DNA from: Bacteroidales bacterium
GTDB taxonomy: Bacteria; Bacteroidota; Bacteroidia; Bacteroidales; JBEPYD01
Direction of reading: 5' to 3'
Assembly: GCA_041641575.1 (NCBI GenBank)
Contig: JBEPYD010000003.1
Coordinates: 1-51,169, forward strand
Length of the DNA: 51,169 bases
This document shows, in pieces, positions 1-10,478 of the stretch. The notes under the pieces were generated by a model. That model did no database searches, was not told where the DNA came from, and worked only from the letters and a program-made list of their open reading frames with translations. The position numbers were made by a program, and so were the translations under genes. Numbering within the stretch: the stretch's first letter is position 1; the number at the start of each line of letters is the position of its first letter.

Positions 1-1
1 G

Positions 2-961
2 TTGCTTCAGGCGCCCAGTTACCTGGCCAATTTGCATGCACAGTTACCTGATTCTGCTTTCGTACTAAAAGGATCCTTCTTTACCATATCTTCTGTAATA
101 ATTTTAACCTCGGGTACCATGTTTGTAATGTGGCTGGGTGAGAAGATTACCGATAAAGGGATTGGAAATGGTATATCGTTAATCATTATGATTGGTATCA
201 TTGCAAATCTACCTTTCGCTCTGTTTGCAGAATTCATTGCCCGTTTGGAAGAAGGAGGCGGACTTGTAGCTTTCCTTATTGAACTTGTCATTCTCTTTGT
301 TGTATTTATGGCTACTATATTATTGGTACAGGGAACACGCCGTATTCCGGTGCAGTATGCAAAACGTATTGTTGGAAACAAACAATATGGCGGAGTACGT
401 CAGTTTATCCCTTTAAAGGTAAATGCAGCAGGCGTAATGCCAATCATTTTTGCACAGGCACTTATGTTTGTACCGCTAACCCTTGCCGGGTTTGCAGAAT
501 CTGAATCACTTACAGGATTTGCCGCCGCATTTTCTGATTTCACAGGTTTCTGGTACAACCTTACTTTTGCCATACTTATTATTTTATTTACATATTTCTA
601 CACTGCCATTACAATTAATCCAACGCAGATGGCAGAGGATATGAAGAAAAACGGTGGTTTCATACCTGGTGTAAAACCAGGCAGAAGAACCGTTGAGTTT
701 TTAGATACCATTATGTCCAGAATAACCCTGCCTGGTTCTATCTTTTTGGCTATTGTTGCAATTTTGCCAGCATTTGCCATGATTGCAGGTGTTAACAACC
801 AGTTTGCACAGTTCTACGGCGGTACATCGCTGCTGATTTTGGTTGGTGTTGTGTTGGATACATTACAACAAATTGAAAGTCATTTGTTGATGCGTCATTA
901 TGATGGTCTGATGAAATCCGGAAGGATTAAAGGCCGTGCGGGTGGTGCTGCAGCAATATAA
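2..961 (+). CDS. secY: Preprotein translocase subunit SecY (C-terminal ~319 aa; N-terminus lies outside the window)
   Basis: The ORF runs from the window edge. It is a multi-TM protein with SecY-like segments (GNGISLIIMIGI, IPVQYAKR, GGFIPGVKPG). It sits directly upstream of map-infA-rpmJ-rpsM, as in conserved ribosomal clusters. Confidence 0.95.
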   Translation: MLQAPSYLANLHAQLPDSAFVLKGSFFTISSVIILTSGTMFVMWLGEKITDKGIGNGISLIIMIGIIANLPFALFAEFIARLEEGGGLVAFLIELVILFVVFMATILLVQGTRRIPVQYAKRIVGNKQYGGVRQFIPLKVNAAGVMPIIFAQALMFVPLTLAGFAESESLTGFAAAFSDFTGFWYNLTFAILIILFTYFYTAITINPTQMAEDMKKNGGFIPGVKPGRRTVEFLDTIMSRITLPGSIFLAIVAILPAFAMIAGVNNQFAQFYGGTSLLILVGVVLDTLQQIESHLLMRHYDGLMKSGRIKGRAGGAAAI

Positions 962-983
962 GATATAAAAAATACGTTCTTTG

Positions 984-1790
984 ATGATATTAAAGACTGA
1001 AGAAGAGATAAAATTACTACGAAAAAGCAACCTGCTGGTTTCTAGAACTCTTGCTGAAGTCGCCAAAACCATTAAACCCGGAATAACTACCCTGGAACTT
1101 GACAGGGTTGCAGAAACATTCATCAGGGATAATGGTGCCATTCCAGGTTTTTTAGGATACCATGGTTTCCCAAAAACCTTATGTACTTCGGTTAACAGCC
1201 AGGTAGTGCACGGAATACCTTCTGATTATGTATTAAAAGAAGGCGATATTGTTTCTGTGGATTGCGGCGTTATTATGAATGGATTTTATGGCGACACAGC
1301 ATACACATTTCCTGTTGGAAACATCAGTGAAGAAACCATGGCTTTGTTAATAAATACCAAAGAATCACTATTCAAAGGTATTTCGCAGGCAATTGCAGGC
1401 AACAGGCTGGGAGATATCAGCAATGCCATACAAAAGCATGCTGAACAAGGCGGATATTCAGTAGTAAGAGAGATGGTAGGGCATGGATTAGGTAAGAAAA
1501 TGCATGAACCGCCGGAGGTGCCAAATTATGGCAGACCGGGTTCAGGTGTTAAACTTAAAAAAGGATTGGTCATCTGTATTGAACCAATGATCAATATGGG
1601 CGTTAAAAATATAGTACAAAAATCAGATGGCTGGACTGTACAAACAAAAGATAACAAACCTTCCGGCCATTACGAACTTGCAATAGCCATTGACAATGGC
1701 AAAGCAGACATTCTTTCTTCATTTGAATTTATCGAAGAAGAACTAAGAAAATATACAGAGTACGAATCATTATTAAATGTAAAATTATAG
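984..1790 (+). CDS. map: Type I methionine aminopeptidase
   Basis: The N-terminus MILKTEEEIKLLRKS is typical of this family. Metal-ligand context is present (VDCGV..GFYGD, HGLG, ICIEP). The ORF track starts at TTG 981; the ATG at 984 is the more likely start. Confidence 0.93.
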   Translation: MILKTEEEIKLLRKSNLLVSRTLAEVAKTIKPGITTLELDRVAETFIRDNGAIPGFLGYHGFPKTLCTSVNSQVVHGIPSDYVLKEGDIVSVDCGVIMNGFYGDTAYTFPVGNISEETMALLINTKESLFKGISQAIAGNRLGDISNAIQKHAEQGGYSVVREMVGHGLGKKMHEPPEVPNYGRPGSGVKLKKGLVICIEPMINMGVKNIVQKSDGWTVQTKDNKPSGHYELAIAIDNGKADILSSFEFIEEELRKYTEYESLLNVKL

Positions 1791-1799
1791 GAGTTATTT

Positions 1800-2018
1800 A
1801 TGGCAAAACAAGCTTCAATCGAACAAGACGGAACCATTACCGAGGCACTATCAAATGCTATGTTCAGGGTTGAACTGGAAAACGGGCATATTATAACTGC
1901 TCATATATCGGGTAAGATGCGTATGCATTACATTAAACTCTTGCCCGGCGATAAGGTTAAGGTTGAAATGTCTCCGTACGACCTTACAAAAGGAAGAATA
2001 ACATTTAGATACAAATAA
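1800..2018 (+). CDS. infA: Translation initiation factor IF-1
   Basis: 72-aa S1-like protein ([46 protein letters not shown]). AGGAG lies about 9 nt upstream. Confidence 0.97.
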   Translation: MAKQASIEQDGTITEALSNAMFRVELENGHIITAHISGKMRMHYIKLLPGDKVKVEMSPYDLTKGRITFRYK

Positions 2019-2032
2019 AAAATTGTGAAAAA

Positions 2033-2149
2033 ATGAAGGTAAGAGCATCAGTAAAGAAAAGGAGCTCCGAATGCAAAATAGTACGCAGAAAAGGACGCTT
2101 GTATGTAATTAACAAAAAGAACCCCAAGTTTAAACAACGCCAGGGATAA
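2033..2149 (+). CDS. rpmJ: 50S ribosomal protein L36 (38 aa; too short for the supplied ORF track)
   Basis: I translated it manually: [38 protein letters not shown], stop TAA at 2147-2149. It occupies the canonical position between infA and rpsM. Confidence 0.93.
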   Translation: MKVRASVKKRSSECKIVRRKGRLYVINKKNPKFKQRQG

Positions 2150-2189
2150 TTAAGAACTAACCAGAAATAATTAAATATAGCTTAAATAT

Positions 2190-2567
2190 ATGGCACGTAT
2201 AGCAGGTGTAGACCTTCCAAAAAATAAACGAGGCGTTATCGGGCTTACCTATATCTATGGTATTGGTAAAAGCCTTGCCGAAAAAATTCTTGACGAGGCT
2301 GGTATTGACCATAGCGTTAAGGTAAGTGAGTGGACAGATGATCAACTCACGAAAATAAGAACCGTACTGGGTGATAACTATAAGGTTGAAGGTGAACTCC
2401 GTTCTTCCGTTCAGTTAAATATCAAACGCCTGATGGACATCGGTTCATACCGTGGCATTCGTCATCGTATCGGCATGCCAGTACGCGGACAAAGCACCAA
2501 GAACAATGCACGTACCAGAAAAGGACGTAAGAAAACCGTTGCAAACAAAAAGAAAGCTGTTAAATAA
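2190..2567 (+). CDS. rpsM: 30S ribosomal protein S13
   Basis: N-terminus [21 protein letters not shown] motif and a basic C-terminal tail. Conserved operon position. Confidence 0.97.
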   Translation: MARIAGVDLPKNKRGVIGLTYIYGIGKSLAEKILDEAGIDHSVKVSEWTDDQLTKIRTVLGDNYKVEGELRSSVQLNIKRLMDIGSYRGIRHRIGMPVRGQSTKNNARTRKGRKKTVANKKKAVK

Positions 2568-2580
2568 GTACTAAATAATT

Positions 2581-2970
2581 ATGGCAAAGAAAACCGGATC
2601 ATCTAAAAAAAGAGTAGTAAAAGTAGAGGCAGTTGGCCAGGCCCACATTCATGCTTCATTTAATAATATAATTATTTCCCTGACCAATAGTTCAGGACAG
2701 GTAATTTCATGGGCTTCGTCTGGTAAAATGGGTTTCAGAGGATCAAAGAAAAACACCCCTTATGCCGCCCAAATGGCAGCCGAGCAATGCTCAAAAACTG
2801 CTTATGACCTGGGTTTAAGAAAAGTGAAAGTGTTTGTGAAAGGTCCGGGATCAGGTCGTGAATCAGCCATCCGTACCATTCATACCGCCGGCATTGAAGT
2901 TACTGAAATTGTTGATGTTACACCATTGCCACACAATGGCTGCAGACCCCCTGCACGCAGGAGAGTATAA
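2581..2970 (+). CDS. rpsK: 30S ribosomal protein S11
   Basis: [32 protein letters not shown] and C-terminal [13 protein letters not shown]. Confidence 0.97.
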   Translation: MAKKTGSSKKRVVKVEAVGQAHIHASFNNIIISLTNSSGQVISWASSGKMGFRGSKKNTPYAAQMAAEQCSKTAYDLGLRKVKVFVKGPGSGRESAIRTIHTAGIEVTEIVDVTPLPHNGCRPPARRRV

Positions 2971-3021
2971 CATTGAACAGCGAACAAACATTCATAATTG
3001 AAAATAATTCTTTAATATAAA

Positions 3022-3630
3022 ATGGCAAGATATACCGGACCAAAAACAAAAATTGCAAGAAAATTCGGGGATCCAATTTTCGGCCCCGACCGTGCATTTG
3101 AAAAGAAAAACTACCCTCCGGGGCAGCATGGTATCAATAAAAAAAGAAAAAAACAGTCTGAATATGGTACTCAGCTGAAAGAAAAACAGAAAGCAAAATA
3201 TACATATGGTGTGTTGGAACGCCAGTTTTTGAATCTTTTCAAAAAAGCATCCAGCAGTAAAGGTGTTACCGGAGAGGTTTTACTTCAATTGCTCGAGTCC
3301 AGACTGGATAATGTTGTTTTCCGCCTGGGAATTGCTCCCAGCCGTTCAGCAGCCAGACAATTGGTATCGCACAGACATATCACCATTAATGGTCATGTTG
3401 TAAATATTGCTTCGTACCAGCTTCGGCCCGGTGAAATTGTGGGTGTACGCGATAAATCTAAATCCTTGATTGCTATTTCAGAATCACTGGCATCTCAAAA
3501 CCATGCTAAATTTCCATGGCTGGAATGGGATCAGGATAAACTGGCCGGAAAATTTTTGAATGCACCGCAACGAGATGAAATTCCTGAAAACATTAAAGAG
3601 CAACTCATTGTTGAACTTTATTCTAAGTAA
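3022..3630 (+). CDS. rpsD: 30S ribosomal protein S4
   Basis: N-terminus [29 protein letters not shown], and an S4 RNA-binding domain ([28 protein letters not shown]). Confidence 0.97.
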   Translation: MARYTGPKTKIARKFGDPIFGPDRAFEKKNYPPGQHGINKKRKKQSEYGTQLKEKQKAKYTYGVLERQFLNLFKKASSSKGVTGEVLLQLLESRLDNVVFRLGIAPSRSAARQLVSHRHITINGHVVNIASYQLRPGEIVGVRDKSKSLIAISESLASQNHAKFPWLEWDQDKLAGKFLNAPQRDEIPENIKEQLIVELYSK

Positions 3631-3647
3631 AAAATTAACTAACAGAT

Positions 3648-4640
3648 ATGGCAATATTAGCTTTTCAAAAGCCTGACAAAGTGATAATGTTAGATTCAGA
3701 TGAGAATCTGGGTCGCTTTGAATTCAGACCACTAGAACCTGGATACGGTATTACTGTAGGTAATGCCCTCAGAAGAATTCTATTATCATCATTGGAAGGA
3801 TATGCAATAACTACCGTAAAAATTGAAGGTGTTGAACATGAATTCTCTACCATAACAGGCGTTATTGAGGATGTACCGGAGGTAGTACTAAATTTAAAGC
3901 AGGTTCGCTTCAAAAAACTGATCGATGATGTAGAAGATGAAAAAATAAATCTCTCTATTACCGGACAGGATCAACTTAAAGCCGGAGATCTTAACAAATT
4001 TCTAACCGGTTTTCAGGTGTTAAATCCGGAACTGGTAATATGCAACCTCGAATCAGATGTGAAGCTGCAAATGGAGGTAAACATAAACAAAGGTCGTGGA
4101 TTTGTTCCCAGCGAAGAAAATAAGCCCCTGGATGCAGAATTTGGCCTTATTCCTTTGGACGCAACCTTTACGCCGGTAAAAAATGTGAAATTTACGGTAG
4201 AAAATTATCGTGTGGAGCAGAAAACCGACTACGAGAAGCTTATTTTTGAAATCAAAACCGATGGTTCCATCCACCCCAAGGATGCCTTAAAAGAAGCTGC
4301 AAAAATACTTATCTATCACTTCATGTTGTTTTCAGATGAAAAGATTACCCTTGATTCTGACGAGAAATTTTCAAATGAAGAGTTTGATGAAGAAGTATTG
4401 CACATGCGCCAGCTCTTAAAAACCAAACTGGTAGATATGGATTTATCCGTTCGTGCACTAAATTGTTTGAAAGCTGCTGAGGTTGAAACATTGGGCGATT
4501 TGGTTAAATTTAATAAAAACGACCTTCTTAAGTTTAGAAATTTCGGAAAAAAGTCTCTCACGGAGTTGGATGAGCTTTTGGAAAATCTAAACCTGAATTT
4601 TGGAATGGATATCACAAAATATAAATTAGACAAGGAATAA
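3648..4640 (+). CDS. rpoA: DNA-directed RNA polymerase subunit alpha
   Basis: 330 aa. N-terminal domain motif [18 protein letters not shown]-terminal domain with [20 protein letters not shown]. Sits between rpsD and rplQ. Confidence 0.97.
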   Translation: MAILAFQKPDKVIMLDSDENLGRFEFRPLEPGYGITVGNALRRILLSSLEGYAITTVKIEGVEHEFSTITGVIEDVPEVVLNLKQVRFKKLIDDVEDEKINLSITGQDQLKAGDLNKFLTGFQVLNPELVICNLESDVKLQMEVNINKGRGFVPSEENKPLDAEFGLIPLDATFTPVKNVKFTVENYRVEQKTDYEKLIFEIKTDGSIHPKDALKEAAKILIYHFMLFSDEKITLDSDEKFSNEEFDEEVLHMRQLLKTKLVDMDLSVRALNCLKAAEVETLGDLVKFNKNDLLKFRNFGKKSLTELDELLENLNLNFGMDITKYKLDKE

Positions 4641-4645
4641 CCGCG

Positions 4646-5332
4646 ATGAGACATAGGAAGAAATTAAATCACTTAAGCAGAAAAACCGGGCATCGCAGAG
4701 CTATGCTCGCAAATATGGCATCCTCCTTAATTTTGCATAAAAGAATTCGTACAACTACAGCAAAAGCCAAGGCATTGCGTGTTTACGTAGAACCATTGAT
4801 TACAAAATCAAAAGAGGATTCCACGCATTCAAGAAGAACAGTTTTCTCTTATCTTCAAAGCAAGGATGCTGTTACGGAACTATTCAGAGAAGTTGCCCCT
4901 AAAATTGTTGACCGTCCCGGAGGATATACACGTATCTTAAAAACAGGAATTCGCTTAGGCGATGCCGCTGATATGTGCTTTATAGAACTCGTGGATTACA
5001 ACGAAAGCCTGCTGGCTGCAAAAGAAGATTCTCAAAAGAAAACAACACGCAGAAGCCGTCGTGGTGGTAAGAAAAAATCTACCGGAGCTGAAGCATCAGC
5101 AGCCACTGATACAAAAACAGCGGAAAAACCAGAAGAAAAAAACACTTCTTCGGAGGAAATGACCGGTGAAACCATTGCGGCTGAAGCTAATGAAGCTCCT
5201 GCAACCGAAGATAAAAAATCAGAGGAAACTCCGGCAGAACCAAAAGAGGAAGCTAAACAAGAAGAAAATAAAGCCGAAGGCGAAAATAAGCAAGAGGACG
5301 AAAAGAAAGAAGACGATAACAAAAAAGAATAA
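4646..5332 (+). CDS. rplQ: 50S ribosomal protein L17 with a ~110-aa E/K/A/T-rich low-complexity C-terminal extension
   Basis: L17 core [24 protein letters not shown]...[26 protein letters not shown], followed by a long acidic/lysine-rich tail ending ...[14 protein letters not shown]. Confidence 0.93.
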   Translation: MRHRKKLNHLSRKTGHRRAMLANMASSLILHKRIRTTTAKAKALRVYVEPLITKSKEDSTHSRRTVFSYLQSKDAVTELFREVAPKIVDRPGGYTRILKTGIRLGDAADMCFIELVDYNESLLAAKEDSQKKTTRRSRRGGKKKSTGAEASAATDTKTAEKPEEKNTSSEEMTGETIAAEANEAPATEDKKSEETPAEPKEEAKQEENKAEGENKQEDEKKEDDNKKE

Positions 5333-5357
5333 TTTTCTTGTTTGTGATAATACATGC

Positions 5358-5401
5358 AAAAGGGATAAGGAATGTTTTTGGTTTTCCATATCCCTTTTTT
5401 T
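5358..5401 (+). terminator. Candidate rho-independent terminator after rplQ
   Basis: Arm aaagggata (about 5359-5367) pairs with tatcccttt (5389-5397). The 3' arm runs straight into a T-run, about 25 nt after the rplQ stop. Confidence 0.6.
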
Positions 5402-5436
5402 ATAGTTAAAAAACCGAACAATTATATAAACCTTAA

Positions 5437-6735
<1,299 letters not shown>

Positions 6736-6762
6736 CAGTAAATGATTATTTTCTTGTTCAGT

Positions 6763-6794
6763 AAAGGGTGCGTCAAAATCGCACCCTTTTTTAT
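6763..6794 (+). terminator. Rho-independent terminator after eno
   Basis: gggtgcg (6766-6772), 7-nt loop, cgcaccc (6780-6786), then TTTTTT. Flanked upstream by AAA. Confidence 0.75.
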
Positions 6795-7006
6795 TTGCTT
6801 AATGCTGGCAATTATTTTTGTATTACTTCAGCTTATACATAACCCGGATGTAAAAAACTCAAATTTAAGATTCCGGTTTAGGGATTAAGCTTTTGAAAGA
6901 AGATATCATAGAAAAATGCATAAATTTTAGTATATTTATGAACCTGTTCTTTAAATCAATTGTTAGCTTGCTGGACAATTCTGAAAACTATAAAACCTGA
7001 TTAAAT

Positions 7007-8320
7007 ATGTCGACTTTAAAAGAAAAGCTGAGAGAAAAGATTGAACTATGGCGTCCACGTACCAGTAGACTAATCGAAGAATATTCTGATGTTGTTGTGG
7101 ACCAAGTTACCATAGGGCAGATTATCGGCGGAATGCGTGGGTTAAAATCGCTTGTTACTGATATTTCATACCTTGATCCTAACGAGGGAATTCGTTACAG
7201 GGGCTATACGCTTCCTGAAGTATTTAAAAAGTTACCCAAACCACCTGGCGCTGAAATGCCCTATGTAGAAGGTCTCGTTTATCTTCTGATAACAGGTGAT
7301 ATACCATCAGAAAGTGAAGTGGCTGAGGTAATTGATGAATTCTCAAAGCGCAGAATTTTACCCAGATATGTTTACGAGGTAATAGATGCATTTCCTTCAG
7401 CAAGTCACCCAATGGCTATTTTCTCTACTGCTATTCTTACCATGCATCGTGAATCCTTTTTCTCTAAAAAGTACGATGCCGGCATGAACAAGCTGGATTA
7501 CTGGGATCCTATGTATGAAGATTCCTTAAACCTTCTGGCAAAACTTCCGGAAATTGCCACCTACATTTATTCCAAACTTTACAAAGGCGGAAAAAGAATC
7601 CAGTCGAACCCAAACCTTGATTTTGGTGCCAATTTTGCCCATATGATGGGAATTGAAAAGCCTTATGACGATGTTTCCCGGTTGCATTTTATGATACATA
7701 GCGACCATGAAAGCGGAAATGTGAGCGCGCATACAGGCCACCTGGTAGCCAGTTCTTTAAGTGATGTCTATCTTTCCATTTCTGCCATGATCAATGGGCT
7801 TGCAGGCCCCTTGCATGGTTTGGCCAACCAGGAAGTTTTACGCTGGCTGCAGGATTTAAAAAATAAAATGGGTAATAATCTGCCCAACGAGGACGAAATG
7901 AAGCAGTTTGTTTGGGATACGCTGAACTCAGGCCAGGTAATTCCGGGTTTTGGTCATGCCGTTTTGCGGTTAACAGATCCGCGATACACCATTCAGCGTG
8001 AATTTAGCCTTAGGCATTTACCTGAAGATGAGCTTTTCAAATATGTTGACATGCTTTATAAAGTAGTGCCTCCAATTCTAAAAGAGCAGGGTAAGGCCAA
8101 AAACCCCTGGCCAAATGTTGATGCACAATCTGGTGTTATCCAATGGCATTATGGGGTTACAGAATATGATTTTTACACTGTACTTTTTGGTATTGGACGT
8201 GCGATTGGTATTACGGCCAACATCATTTGGGACCGGGCGCTGGGATATCCTCTCGAACGACCAAAATCCCTGACTACAGATATGTTAGAAAAGATTGCCA
8301 TGAAGAGCCATAAAAAATAA
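7007..8320 (+). CDS. gltA: Citrate synthase
   Basis: 437 aa. GGMRG..SYLDPNEGIRYRG, HSDHESGNVSAHT, and catalytic-region motif GFGHAVLRLTDPR. Confidence 0.93.
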   Translation: MSTLKEKLREKIELWRPRTSRLIEEYSDVVVDQVTIGQIIGGMRGLKSLVTDISYLDPNEGIRYRGYTLPEVFKKLPKPPGAEMPYVEGLVYLLITGDIPSESEVAEVIDEFSKRRILPRYVYEVIDAFPSASHPMAIFSTAILTMHRESFFSKKYDAGMNKLDYWDPMYEDSLNLLAKLPEIATYIYSKLYKGGKRIQSNPNLDFGANFAHMMGIEKPYDDVSRLHFMIHSDHESGNVSAHTGHLVASSLSDVYLSISAMINGLAGPLHGLANQEVLRWLQDLKNKMGNNLPNEDEMKQFVWDTLNSGQVIPGFGHAVLRLTDPRYTIQREFSLRHLPEDELFKYVDMLYKVVPPILKEQGKAKNPWPNVDAQSGVIQWHYGVTEYDFYTVLFGIGRAIGITANIIWDRALGYPLERPKSLTTDMLEKIAMKSHKK

Positions 8321-8489
8321 TTCATCATACTAAGTGTAAATTATCTGTACAGGTTATCCCTTTATCCTCCTACCCTGACTGACCCGTAAGAGAGAACCAT
8401 CAATAACCTGGATAGACTTCCACAGTGTGTAAAGCAAAAGGAATTGCTGTATCTTTACTTTTTATACACGCTCTTTAGTAAATCAGAAT

Positions 8490-10400
8490 ATGGCATTTAA
8501 CGGTATTAATGAATTCATTTCAGCCCTTGAAAACGAGGGAGAGCTCGTCCGCATCAAAACGTTTGTTGATCCTGTTTTGGAAATAACAGAAGTTGTAGAC
8601 CGCGAATCAAAAAAACCCGGAGGAGGCAAAGCACTGCTGTTTGAAAATACCGGCACCAATTTTCCACTTCTCATCAATGCCTTTGGTTCTGATAAGCGCA
8701 TTGCCATGGCCCTGGGTGTTGCTGATATTGATGAAATAAGCGCTGAAATTGAAAATCTGTTCCGGGAAATTTCCACACCAAGGGTATCGCTAATTGATAA
8801 ATTGCGGTTTTTACCTGAACTGAAAAGGTTTTCGTCATGGATGCCTTCAAACAGCAATCGCAAAGGTGCCTGCCAGCAAAATATCATCCATGCACCAGAT
8901 TTATCCAAATTACCGGTTATGCAATGCTGGCCGCATGATGGCGGGCCATTCATTACGCTCCCGATGGTAATTACAAAACATCCGGAAACCAATATGCGTA
9001 ATATTGGCATGTATCGCATGCAGGTTTTTAACAACAATACAACCGGTATGCACTGGCACAGACACAAAACAGGCGCAAATCATTACCAGGCGTGGAAAGA
9101 AACAGGAAAAAATATGCCGATAGCAGTGGCCCTTGGTGGTGATCCGGCTCATATTTATGCAGCTACCGCTCCACTGCCCGAAAACATTGATGAATTTATT
9201 CTTGCCGGATTTTTACGGAAAAAGAAAGTAGCACTGGTACCGGCAATTACCCAGGATTTGATGGTGCCTGCTGATGCCGATTTCATCATAGAAGGATATG
9301 TAGATCCTGAAGAAGAAATGGTTACAGAAGGCCCCTTTGGCGATCATACAGGTTTTTACAGCCTTCCCGACCTTTATCCAAACTTCCATGTTACCTGTAT
9401 AACACATCGCGATAATGCAGTTTACCCTGCTACTATTGTAGGTATCCCACCACAGGAGGATGCTTATATAGGAAAAGCTACGGAAAAGATATTTTTAAAT
9501 CCGATAAAATTTTCCATGGCTCCTGAAATACTGGATATGCACCTGCCCTTTGAAGGCGTGGCACATAATCTGACGCTTATAAGACTCAAAAAATCTTATC
9601 CAGGCCAGGCGGAAAAAATAATGAATACATTGTGGGGAGCAGGACAAATGATGTTTAACAAAATCATGGTTGTCGTTGATGAAGATCATGATGTAAAAAA
9701 CTATGGTGTACTGGCCCGGGAAATACTGGAATATTTTAATCCGGATACAGATCTCAGCTTTTCGGGTGGTCCTGCCGATGTACTTGACCATGCAACCCCT
9801 GCCACTGGTTATGGCTCAAAAGCAGGGATAAATGCCACACATCCCGCTCCTGAGGAATTTCGAAACAACAATATATTTCCTCTTCGCGAGAAAGAATTAT
9901 TTGCTGCGGTTGAAAAATTCATGGATTCACATAAAGAAGTATCAGCAGTCAACGCAGATCTGATTAAAAATGGGTACAGAATATTACCTTTAGCGATTGA
10001 TAAAGAAAAATTTAAATCCGGGGAATTACGTAACGCACTTTCAGAAAATGAACATTTTTTTGGATTAAAAATCATTATTGCCCTGGATTCGGAAGTTCCC
10101 CTCTCAAATATTTCTACATTAGCATGGCTAACCCTTGCCAACATCGATCCCAAAAGAGATTTTCAAATCTGGAAGAATGATAATTCTGAAGCATCTCTTC
10201 TTTATGTTGATGCTACAAGTAAAGCAAAAGAAATTGAAAAATTCGGACGGTACTGGCCCAATATTTTGCTCTCAAATCCGGAAACCATAAAAGAAATAGA
10301 TGCCAAATGGGAACATTTTAATTTAGGCCCGTTTACCCCCTCTCCTTCTCTAACTTACTTACCTTTAGGTAAAGGCAATTCTGCTTTCCGAAAAGGATGA
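8490..10400 (+). CDS. UbiD-family (prenylated-FMN dependent) decarboxylase, long form; probably the quinone-biosynthesis type
   Basis: 636 aa. UbiD-like N-terminus (FISALENEGELVRIK), GMYRMQV, EGPFGDHTGFYS. A C-terminal extension of more than 100 aa relative to what I recall of E. coli UbiD. Confidence 0.85.
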   Translation: MAFNGINEFISALENEGELVRIKTFVDPVLEITEVVDRESKKPGGGKALLFENTGTNFPLLINAFGSDKRIAMALGVADIDEISAEIENLFREISTPRVSLIDKLRFLPELKRFSSWMPSNSNRKGACQQNIIHAPDLSKLPVMQCWPHDGGPFITLPMVITKHPETNMRNIGMYRMQVFNNNTTGMHWHRHKTGANHYQAWKETGKNMPIAVALGGDPAHIYAATAPLPENIDEFILAGFLRKKKVALVPAITQDLMVPADADFIIEGYVDPEEEMVTEGPFGDHTGFYSLPDLYPNFHVTCITHRDNAVYPATIVGIPPQEDAYIGKATEKIFLNPIKFSMAPEILDMHLPFEGVAHNLTLIRLKKSYPGQAEKIMNTLWGAGQMMFNKIMVVVDEDHDVKNYGVLAREILEYFNPDTDLSFSGGPADVLDHATPATGYGSKAGINATHPAPEEFRNNNIFPLREKELFAAVEKFMDSHKEVSAVNADLIKNGYRILPLAIDKEKFKSGELRNALSENEHFFGLKIIIALDSEVPLSNISTLAWLTLANIDPKRDFQIWKNDNSEASLLYVDATSKAKEIEKFGRYWPNILLSNPETIKEIDAKWEHFNLGPFTPSPSLTYLPLGKGNSAFRKG

Positions 10401-10478
10401 TTTTTATTACCCTTTCCTTTGATTTATGTTTCCCGGAAAATCTTTGTACACTCTTGATTTAATGCTATATTAGCATGC

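Noticed and set aside
5032-5421. 129-aa minus-strand and 79-aa plus-strand ORFs overlapping the rplQ tail
   Set aside because: They arise from the purine-rich low-complexity DNA encoding the L17 E/K tail, which stays open in several frames. They have no independent support.
6802-6885. 27-aa ORF (MLAIIFVLLQLIHNPDVKNSNLRFRFRD) in the eno-gltA intergenic region
   Set aside because: It is very short, lies just after the eno terminator, has no ribosome-binding or promoter support, and conservation cannot be assessed here. It is most likely chance.
8483-9067. 194-aa minus-strand ORF antisense to the UbiD-family gene
   Set aside because: It is fully embedded in a strongly conserved plus-strand CDS and has no family resemblance. 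It is a shadow ORF.
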